Virus record (IMG/VR): IMGVR_UViG_3300047560_002167
Coordinates: 1-55,266 of that record
Origin: a virus
Taxonomy: Duplodnaviria > Caudoviricetes
Reading direction: 5' to 3' (one strand)
DNA length: 55,266 nt
Of this stretch, positions 29,940-41,900 are shown in pieces. Position numbers and translations under genes: made by a program. Numbering within the stretch: position 1 is the first letter of the stretch; every line of letters begins with the position of its first letter. Under the pieces are notes generated by a model. That model searched no databases. It saw nothing but the letters and a program-made list of their open reading frames with translations, and had not been told where the DNA came from.

Positions 29940-32900
29940 GTAACAATACTAATCGCTCGTCCTTAACGCAAATTGAAGGTAAAACAGGGGCTTATGCTAT
30001 AAGCCCCGTTAGTGTTGGCTCTAGTTGGAAAAGTTTAAGCATCGGTTCAAGCCACGCTGTCGCTATCAAGAATGACGGAACACTATGGTCATGGGGTAGT
30101 AACCAATATGGTCAAGTGGGTAATAATACTGTTTCAATACAGTCTAGTCCTGTTCAAATTGGAACAAGGTTATGGTTAAGCGCCAGTGCTGGTGCCAATC
30201 ATTCAATGGCAATTCGTAGTGATGGATTGTTATTCGGCTGGGGTCAAAATTCTAGCTACCAACTAGGTAACAACGGTCTCGCATATAGTAATTATTGGAG
30301 AATGGCGTCGCCTGGATATTCGCATACTATGCTTATTAAAGCTGACGGTACATTGTGGGCTGTCGGCGGAAATACTCAGGGTCAACTAGGTAATAACACT
30401 GTAGCTGCGGTCACTAGTCCTATCCAAATTGGAACTAGTTCATGGTCTATGGTGACTACTTCTACATTGAACACGTTTGCGATAGATATTAATGGTAGAT
30501 TGTTTGCATGGGGTTATAACTTAGCAGGTGACTTAGGTTTAAACGATGTAACTAACAAAAGTAGCCCGACACAAATAGGAACTAGTTTATGGACTACTGT
30601 TGCAACTACTGCCGGTTCGGTTTCAGCTAACGATGCGGGATATGCGATTGATATTAACAAGAATTTGTTTGCATGGGGTTTTGGTACTAACGGTCAATTA
30701 GGCGATAACACTATTGTAAGTAAGAGTAGCCCTGTATTCGTCGGTGCTAATTTTATCAAAGTTGCCGCAACTGACGGTGCAGCCGTTGCTATAGATGGTA
30801 CTGGTAATATATTCACATGGGGTAAAAATGACCTTGGTCAACTTGGTCAAAATGATACAATTTCACGCAGCGCACCCTCTCAAATACCTTCATCATATGT
30901 TTGGTCTAATGTAGTAACCGCACAAAATACAATGTTTGGTTTGACTAACACAGGATTATTACTTGGCTGGGGCCAAAACACTGCAGGTATAATCGGAGAT
31001 AGTACTAATATCAACAGATCCGCACCTGTGCAGATTATGACTAATGTAAGTAAACTATCATCTAAAAATTACTTACAAACAAGCGTAATTGACACGTCAG
31101 GTAGTCTATGGATGTGGGGTGACAACACCGGTGGACAATTAGGTGATGGTACAACTATTAGTCGCTCTGCTCCAGTGCAGATAGGCAACTCAAAATGGGC
31201 AGCAGTCACTTCTACTATTAGTGGAACATTAGGTGTAACTACTGATAACAAACTATGGGCTTGGGGTAAAGATTCAGGCAACTACGAATTATATTTTACT
31301 ACCTCCGATGCACTTGCAGCAACTTATAGAAGTAGTCCAGTTCAAACTGGTGCTGGTTTGTTATCCGATAGCCCGGTGCAAATAGGTACTAGTTCATGGG
31401 TGTCTGTTAGCGCAGGTACAGACCATACCTTAGCAATTCGCAGCGATAAAACTTTATGGGCTTGGGGTAGTAACTTGGTAGGTCAATTGATTGCCCCTCA
31501 GTTCGCCGGACAATTAGTGAGCAGTCCAACACAAGTTGGTACGAGTAGTTATGTTACTGTCAGCGCCGGCAACAGTTTCAGTTTAGCCATTACTAGTGAT
31601 AACAAGTTAATATCAGCAGGCAACAACACTAATAACCAATTGGGTTCAAGTACGTTCTCTAATTTAAACACATGGTCAAAAGTTGTTGAGTCTACTGGAC
31701 ATGCATTGGCAATCAGTTCAGATGGTAAACTATTTGCATGGGGTGATAATACTGGCGGACAATTGGGTGATGGTACTACGATAAGTAGAAGCAGTCCAGT
31801 TCAGATCGGTACTGATACATGGACAAACATATCAATAAATTCAGAAAGCACTACTATAAATTTAGCAAGTAGTTTTGCTATAAGAGCCGACGGTAAACTA
31901 TTTGCGTGGGGGAATAACGCTAACGGACAACTAGGTCAGAATGACTTGATTGCTAAGAGTAGTCCAGTTCAAGTTGGTGCGGGGAAATCATTCGTTCAAG
32001 TGTCTGTTGGACCCACATTCCATGTGGTTGCAATTGATAGTGTAGGATCATTATGGGCTTGGGGATTTAACACACAGGGTCAGTTGGGCACCGGTGACAC
32101 AATTGCTAGGTCAAGTCCAGTGCAGATAAATTCAAACAGCTGGCTTCAAGTTGCAGCCGGTTATAGTTATGCAAGCGCAATTCGCAGTGATGGAATGTTG
32201 TTTGCATGGGGCGGTAATATCGGAGGGCAATTAGGCCTAAATGATATTATAAACCGTAGCGTAATGACGCAAATCGGTACAAGCAGCTGGAGCCAAGTCT
32301 TTACAGTTCAGGGCACTGGTCAATCCGGCCCACGCCTTGCACTTCGTAGCGATGGTACATTGTGGGGGTCTGGCTACAATGCCAATGGACAACTAGGTGA
32401 TGGTACTTTGACTAATAGAAGTAGCCCAGTGCAAGTTGGCACATCTACTTGGTCTAAAGTAGAAATTCACAATAATGCAACTATAGGTATCCAGCAAGAT
32501 GGCAGTTTATGGTTCTGGGGGGTTAAAGCTCCGGTAGCAGGTTCTGATAATGCAACAGCCAGTTTTACATATAGCTGGACTCAAGTTGCAGGTGGTAGTC
32601 AAAATAGTTATGCAATACGTGCAGATAGCACATTGTGGGGCTGGGGATATAACATTGCAGGCCAAGTGGGAGATAACACGACTGCATCTAGAAGCGCTCC
32701 AGTTCAAATCACCATAGGGTCAGCATTGTGGAAAGATGTGACCGGCGGTGGCTCATTTGCTGTTGCAATTAATTCTCAAAATAGACTGTTTGCATGGGGT
32801 AAAAATGACCAAGGTCAATTAGGTATAAACCACACCAATAATGCAAGCTCACCTGTGCAAATTGCAGCACCGTTATCTAGTTTTTCTAGTGTCAACTCAG

Positions 32901-35900
32901 GATATTATCATTCATTAGCTATTGACACTGCAGGTAAACTGTGGTCATGGGGAAGTAATAGTTTTAGACAACTAGGATTGACTGATTCTGCATACTCATA
33001 TCTAAGTTGGAGTCAAGTTTCAACTAGTGCGAGTCATTCAATGTTCATTCGCAGTGATGGTAGATTGTTTGGTGTTGGTTATAACGGCTACGGTGCCTTA
33101 GGTGATGGTACTGTAGTAAACAAGAGTAGCCCGGTTATAATCGGTTCTGAAAAATGGATTGATGTAAGCGCAGGTCAACGTGGCGATGGCAGTACAGCAA
33201 ACTATACCATAGCAATTCGCAATGATGGAATGTTGTTTGCATGGGGATATAACCTAGCCGGCGAATTAGGTGATATTACAACCATCAGTAGAAGTAGCCC
33301 TGTTCAACTAGGCACAAGTAGCTGGATTGCGGTTGCTTCCGGCACTAGTGGTAATTACGCTATTCGCAATGATAATATGTTATTTGCATGGGGAGGAGAT
33401 GCACCTAGTACTTTCTCTGGTGGTCCAGTTAGATTCTATGCTAGTAGTAGCCCTGTACAAGTAAGCACAAAACCTTATTCTAAAATATTCGCTAACCCAT
33501 CCGGCAGCCCAGGATCTACCCCGATCACAGGAGCATATGCCTTAGCATTGGATACTGATAATAAATTATGGGCTTGGGGTAACAATAGTGTAGGTCAGAT
33601 GGGACGATTAACTTACGATAGTTGGACTAGTGTAGCTATTACAAATAACCAATCTCGTACTATGTTCGGTATCAAAGAAGATGGCGTTTTGTATGCATGG
33701 GGAACAGATTTACAAAGCGTTGCTGATTACACACAGACATACAATGGACCTACACTCAAATCAAGTCCCATCGTAGTAGGTAATACGACACCTATGTATA
33801 CTAAATTTGCCTCAGTCTCGGGTGGCTACAGCCACATGTATGCAATTTCTACAGATGGTAAGTTATATGGCATGGGCGTACCTAACGTAGGTTATGGTTT
33901 ACCTGATGTATATAGCTGGAGTCAAATTAGAAGCACCGGTATTACTACATATGCAATTCGCAATGATGGCTTAATGTTTGCTTGGGGTAGAGATGATTAC
34001 AGTCAAATGGGCGACTTTGGTACGGTTCAAAACCGTAGTGCTCCCATTCAAATTGGAACTCTTAGCTGGAGTCAATTAGCAACTGCTACAGGTCAAGTCT
34101 CATCTATGGCAGCTATCACAAGTGATGGCAGATTGTTTGCATGGGGATATAATAACCAGGGTCAATTGGGCTTAGGTGATACTAATGGTAGGCAATCTCC
34201 AGTTCAATTGGGTGTAGGTTATAGTTGGAGATCCGCAATAGTAAGTGTTAACTCACACGTATACATGCGTGATGATGGTGTGTTATTTGGTTCCGGATCT
34301 AATACTAACGGGGTATTTGCTGCAGGTGCTGCACCTGCATCATTAAGAAGTAGTCCAGTTCAAATAAGTTCTACTAACTATAATTCAGTAGTGTTCGTAG
34401 CAGAAAATTCTACTAGTACTACTGCAATATTAGCCATTGATAAGAATCAAAACTTATTCACCTGGGGTTCTGGTTTATACGGAATGTTGGGCGATGGTAC
34501 TACTATTAATAGAAGCTCACCTTTACAAATTGGAACAAGTAAATGGCAATCAGTCGCAGCCGGCAATAGAACGGCAGCAGCTATTACTGTTGATGGTAGA
34601 CTGTTTACATGGGGCGGAGATGCCGCATACTATACATTAGGCTCAAACGACAAATCATGGAGATTAATTTATTCAGCTGGTTCTACCACGTTTGGCATTG
34701 ATTATGCACAAAGATTATGGACGTGGGGCGCCGGCAGTAACGGTATATCAGGAACCGGTACTACAACCAGCAGAAGTAGCCCGGTTCAGATAGGTACAAG
34801 TAGTTGGGCACTGGTCTCTGGTTCAGGTGAACATGCTTTAGCAACCACATTCGGAGGCGGATTATGGACATGGGGGCGAAATATCTTTGGTGCATTAGGA
34901 TCTGCCAACACAGTAGACAGATCCAGCCCAGTGCAAATTTCTTCAGCTTCGTTCCCTGTAATTGTTGCTGGTCCTTACCAATCATCTGCTGCGATTGATT
35001 CATTGAACCAATTATGGACATGGGGAAGTAACGGCGGTGTACTAGGAGATGGTACTACAATAAACAGAAGTCAACCCGTACAAATCACAGGTACATGGGC
35101 TGATGTTAGTATCGGTAATAGTGTAATGTATGCTATCAGAAGTGACCGCACGCTATGGACATGGGGTCTAAACACTAGTGGTCAATTGGGATTGAACAAT
35201 GCAAATAATTATTCAAGCCCGGTACAAATAGGTACAAGCAGTTGGTTAATGGTATCTGCTGGATCTAAAAATTTCGTAGCTGCAATTGACGTTAATAATA
35301 GACTATTCACTTGGGGCGCAAACGTTGAAGGTGAACTAGGAGATAACACAACTGTTAGTAAGTCTAGTCCTGTTCTAGTAAGTTCCGGCACTGCCGGTGC
35401 AATAGCATTCACTGGATCAAGTAGTATTGCATCTACAAGCAATATTAATCTTGGCGCAGGTTTATTTACAGTAGAAGGCTGGTTCTATAGAACATCTGCG
35501 GTAGGTTCTAATACGTCATTCTGGGGTTCTACGAATGGAACAGGTTCAACCCCTAAAATAATATTCAATCAAATGAACACCGGTGAGCTTCGTGTATGGC
35601 AAAACGATGCAGCAGTACTGACTACCTCTACTACTTTAGTCCCACAAAATACTTGGGTTCATATTGCAGTAGTAAGAGATACAGTAGCGCCCGGCGCGAT
35701 TAAAATTTATGTAAATGGTCAATTACAACCATCAACTACAAATCCGTCAGGTGATTACTCAGGTATAACTGGCACATTTAATATTGGTGCTGATGGTGAA
35801 GGTGCATATTCTCCTTTCCCTGGATCTATTTCAAACTTTAGAGTAGTAACAGGTGTAGCAGTATACACTGGTAACTTCACAGTTCCTACTAATGTGTTGA

Positions 35901-38900
35901 CTACATCGCAATCATCAGGTACTAACATTAGTTCAGTAACAGACTCACAAACTCAATTGTTAGCATATGCCTCAACTGCGAATGATGCATCAATCTATGG
36001 GCGAACTTTAACACTAACTAATGCCAGTACTACATTCTCGGGACCGTTTAACGAACGATGGTTGCAGGCAGTCGCAAATAACGGCTCAGTGTTTGCACGT
36101 AGAATCGATAACTCTTTCTGGGTATGGGGCAACAACACCGGTGGCGAACTTGGTTTAAATGACGCTATTGCTAGAAGCAGTCCAGTGCAACTTAGTGCAT
36201 TCAGTAAAGAAAGCATCGTTCTAAATAACATAACTATACAACCTAGTATAGGTAATAACAACACTGTGTTATATAACAACGGAGCTGGACTAATGTGGGG
36301 TTATAATGCAGCCGGTGGTATCGGTGATAACACTACAGTCAATAAATCAAACCCAGTTCAAATTGCACCTGATCCCTCACGTTCTAGCCCTGTACAAGTT
36401 GGTACTGATTATTGGACTCAAGTTGTAGGTGGTGCCTATCACTTTATCGGACAACAAACTAATGGTAAACTATATGCCTGGGGTAACAACGCACAGGGAC
36501 AATTAGGTACAGGTGATATTGGTTTCCGTGGTAATCCTACATTAATATCTAATACTCTTTATTCATCAGTTCAACTGTCAGCCGGTGTATCTAGTACATA
36601 TATGAAAAGTACTGGTAAACTATATAGTTGGGGTGGTAATAACTATGGTGAAATGGCTGCGGATAATTCAACTATAGCTAGAAGTAGCATTACACAAGTT
36701 GCAACTAATAGTGTTTACACGTTACAGCAATTCTTCAATGGTTCAAGTTATACACAAGTTGCTAGTTATAATCACACTGGTGCAATCAAAGATGACGGTA
36801 CATTGTGGTTGTGGGGTAGAAACAACAATGGACAACTAGGAGACTTGACTGTTGTAGATAATAATAGCCCAGTACAAATTGCAGGTAGTTGGACACAGAT
36901 TGAAGTCGGCTACTCTACTACGATGGCTCTCAAAACAGATGGTACATTATGGGTTTGGGGTAATAATAGTTACGGACAGTTGGGCCAAGGCCACACTGTT
37001 GCTAGAAGTAGCCCAGTGCAAGTTGCCGGCAGCTGGAATAAGATAGCTGCAACCGGAAACACTGTGTTTGCGATTCGTACAACAGGTACTCTATGGGCAT
37101 GGGGCAACAATACATACGGAGTGTTAGGTTTAAATGATATTGTTCATAGAAGCAGCCCTGTGCAAGTTGCTGGTAGTTGGACTAATATCACTGCACTCGG
37201 TGACAGTATATTTGGTGTTAAAACAGACAACACTTTATTTGCATGGGGTGATAACTCTTCAGGGCAACTAGGTGTTAATGATTTAATTAATCGTAGTAGT
37301 CCAGTACAAGTAGCTAACGCAGGTACTACTGCAGGTGCATTCATCTTACCTAAATCAAATCCAAACCAGAATGGCAACTCAGGCGTAAATGCAACATCAT
37401 TTATTAAAGACAATGTGTTGTATACGATAGGTAACAACGTGCAGGGTCAATTAGGTTTCGGTGCTGTGACTACAGCTTCCAGCCCAGTGCAAGTTGGTAC
37501 TTTTGTTTCAACATACGTTAATAGTCCTATTCAAATAGGTACTGATAGCTGGAGTCAAGTATCAGCAGGTACAGACCACGCGGCAGCTATTTCCCCTGAT
37601 GGAAGATTGTTCACATGGGGTGGTAATGGTTCAGGTCAATTGGGCGGCGGTGGCGGCGAATATCTAAGTATCTCTACTAACGGTAATTCAAGTACTAATA
37701 GCTCAGGTAGTAACTATGGATTCACCGGTTATGTTCGCAGTGACGGAACATTGATGATGGTTGGATTCAATGGTGGTGGACAATTAGGTCAGGGGACCAC
37801 AGGTAATACCTATAGTAGCCCGGTTCAAGTAGGTGCTACTGGATACTGGAAACAAGTATCAGTCGGCGCAGCAAGTGTCACATTAGCAATTGATTATCTA
37901 GGTAGATTGTGGGCGTGGGGTTATAACGTCTGGTCAAACTTGGGTACTAATGATAGTACTAATTACTCTAGCCCGGTGTTAATTGCGGCTACCAACAGTT
38001 GGGTACAAGTAGCAACTGCAACACGTACTTCATATGCTATTGACACTGCTGGCAGATTGTGGGCATGGGGCACTAATACTTACGGTGGTATAGGAGATGG
38101 TACTACAATTAACAAGTCTAGTCCAGTGCAAATTGGAACTGGTACTGATTGGAAGGCAGTGTACAATGGAGCGTGGTCACTACATGTACATGCTATAAAG
38201 AATGATGGTACATTATGGGCTTGGGGATATAATGCCAACGGTCGCTTGGGTGATGGCACTACAGCCCACAAATCTAGTCCTGTACAAATTCCAGGTAGCT
38301 GGACAATGGTAAGTCATAATGGTGAATATTACACTGAAGGTTGGGATAGTTATGGTGTGAAAACCGATGGCACACTTTGGACCTGGGGCTTCCTGGCAAC
38401 GTCAACGACACCAGTGCAACGTTCTAATGCTAGTGTCACAAGTTGGTTAGGTGTATATGGATACATGTATGGTGCATTTGCTTTAGCAAGTGATAATTAT
38501 TTGTATTACATGAACGGAAACAATGACGCTAATACATATTTTAATTGGTCAGGCGCCGCAACCGGTGTTGTAACTCAACCGGTTGCACTTAGTACAAGTG
38601 TAAGTTTCAAGAACATAAACACATGGCAAAACTTTAGACTTGGACAAATATGGCCAACACCTGATAACAAATTATACGTATGGGGTGATAATAGCTCTGG
38701 TTTATTGGGACAGAACGACCAGATTAGCAGAAGCAGTCCTATACAACTAGGTGCAAATCCAAGTGCGTTTACACCCGCGCAAGTAGTATCAGGTAGTTGG
38801 AATCAAGTCAAAGCCAGTTCAAGTCATACAGTTGCGATCAAGAATGATAGCACACTATATGCATGGGGTTTAAATGCATCAGGTCAGTTAGGCACAGGTG

Positions 38901-41900
38901 ACACAGTAAGTCGTTCATCTCCTGTACAATTACCATCTAATACGAATGCGTATGTTAACTCCGTTCAGTTTAGTTCAGGTAATTACACAACTGTACCATA
39001 CAACGCAGCATTCTTGTTATCTGCAAGTAACTTTACGATTGAGGCATGGATATATCCAACTACAACTAGTGTAAGACGAGGTATCGTTAATAACTGGTAC
39101 ATTGGTGGTGAATTCTATTTTGAGATTACTACAGGTAACAACTTGATATTTGGATATACTAACGTTGCATCTGGTATTTCGACTCCTGAATATACTGGTA
39201 GCACTACTATTAATAGTAATGTTTGGACACACGTGGCTATTGTTAGAAACGGCTCAGCCTGGCGTTTCTATATTAATGGTGTAGCTGATGCAACTACATA
39301 TACATCATCAGACACTATGTACTACTATAATGGTACAACAAAGCCTTTGTTAATAGGTGTTGGTTTAGATTACTCCGCACCGTTTACGGGTAAGATTGCT
39401 GGTTTAAGAATAGTTAAAGGTGTTGCTGTATATACTGGTAACTTTACAGTTCCTACAATACCCGCAGCATCGACACAAAGTTCCGGTACTAATATATCTG
39501 CTATTACTGCAGGTCAAACAATCTTATTGACAAACCAAACGATAATATTTGCCGATACTTCTAGTAACAACTGGACTGTTACTCCGACAGGATCACCTGC
39601 AATAGTACCTGCTTCAGAAATATATACAGGTTTAAGTGTCCAGCCGTTATATCAATGGTCTGTTGTTGGTAAAGGTTCCGGATATATAAACTCTGTCGTT
39701 CGTAATGACGGTACATTGTGGAGTACTGGCTTGGGCTCTTCGGGTCAGATTGCTAACGGGACTACAACTACGTATAGTAGTTACGTATCAGTGGGATCTA
39801 CGACAGTTAACTTTAATGCAGCATTAACTAAAGTAGATGACCAGAGTTATACAGTCGCAGCGGCAGGATTCGGTCAATCATTAGCTATTCGCAATGATGG
39901 TACATTATGGGGCTGGGGACTAAATTCACAGAATCAATTGGGATTTGGTCCCGGAGAAGTCTGGACTAATACTACGGGGGGCACATTTCAAGCTGCCGCA
40001 ATGACTTCCTTGGGTAGATTATTTACTTGGGGTGCTAATACATGGGGAAGTGTCGGAGATGGTACTACTACTGCAAGAGCAACACCTCAGTTAATTCCTA
40101 GCTTAATTAGTTGGACGCAAATGTCTGCTTCTGGGGATTCAATGTTCGCTATTAAAGCTGATGGTACATTGTGGGTCTGGGGAGCAAACTACAACGGACA
40201 ATTAGGATTAGGCGACACTGTTTCTAGAAGCAGTCCTGTGCAGTTAGGCTCTTCAACTAACTGGACTAATGTATCTGCAAACAAAGTATATGTTACTGCA
40301 TTAAACTCATTGGGCCAACTATGGGCCTGGGGTGCAAACTCAGGATCAAACTCAACTGGATCATTAGGTGATGGCACTACTATAGATAGAAGTAGTCCTG
40401 TGCAAGTTGCCGGCAGCTGGTCAATTTTAGGTACATATGATGCAGGTGGTTCGGTGTCAGCCACTACATATGCTATTAAACCAGATGGCACTATGTATGC
40501 ATGGGGTAACAACGGTAGCGGGCAATTCGGTGACTCAACAGTAGTTTCTAGGAGTCAACCAACACAAATAGGCATAGGCTATAGCTGGTCTATGGTTGGA
40601 TGTACTAGTCAATCTATGTTAGCACTTCGCTCAGATGGTACATTATGGGTTACCGGTGTTGGGACTAACGGCGTATTAGGCACCAACGAAGTAATTGCTA
40701 GAAGCAGCCCAGTTCAAATCGGCACATCTGCAAGTGGAGCATTAATACAATGGAAATCAATTGGTATAGGTACTAGCTGTGCGGCTGCGATTCGTGCAAA
40801 TGATAATTCATTATGGGCTTGGGGATATAATTTAAACGGCGCATTAGGTGATGGTACTGTCGTGCCTAAGAGTAGCCCAGTGCAAATTGGTCAAAGTCAA
40901 TGGTTAGTAGTATCAGGACTGGGATTTGGACTCCATGGAATCACTATTGATAACACATTGTTCGGTTGGGGCGGATCATATACCGGTAACGGAACAACCA
41001 TTTCTTCTAGTAGCCCGGTTGCAGTTGATAGTACAGGTTTACTGACTGCACCTTATACACTAGTTTCAAGCCCAACACAAATTGCAGGTAGCTGGAATAA
41101 AGTGTCTACTGGATATCATCATACATTGGCAATTAAAGCTGATGGTACACTATGGGCATGGGGAAGTAATAGTGAAGGTCAACTTGGGACTATCACTAAC
41201 ATGACCCTACTAAATCACGGTGCAACGTCATTCGTGAAAGCTGATAATACGCTATGGACATGGGGTAATAACGCTAGTGGTCAAGTAGGTGATGTTACCC
41301 TTGTATCTAGAAGCAGTCCGGTGCAAGTATTTGCTCCTATTAGTTGGAATCAAATTTCAGATTCATACGAAGGTGGCAACGAAGCCGGCGGCGAAATGGG
41401 TAGAGTCGGTGTTGATGCGTACGGATATCTATATGCATGGGGCAAAAATACATACGGTCAATTGGGTACTAACAACACGACTGGTTATAGCACTCCTCAA
41501 AAGATTGGCGTACAACAATGGAAGATATTAGCAACACCGTTTGGTATTAAAGAAGACGGTACGTTGTGGGCTTGGGGATCTAACGGTGACGGCCGTCTAG
41601 GTGACGGTACAACTTTAACCAGAAGCAGCCCTGTACAAATCGGTCTAAGCAGTTGGATGGCTGTATCATCAAATGGTCATGCAATTAGAGTAGATGGTAC
41701 ATTGTGGGGCTGGGGCGAAAATTCAAAAGGCGGCATCGGTGACAACACAACAGTCAACAAGTCTAGTCCAGTTCAGATCGGCACGTTGACCAACTGGAGA
41801 CGAGTGAATGCTAACAAACGTCCTAATTATAGAGAAGCTGGATTTGCAATCAACTCACTTGGCCAGACATTCGGTTTCGGTGAAAACACGTTTGGACAAG

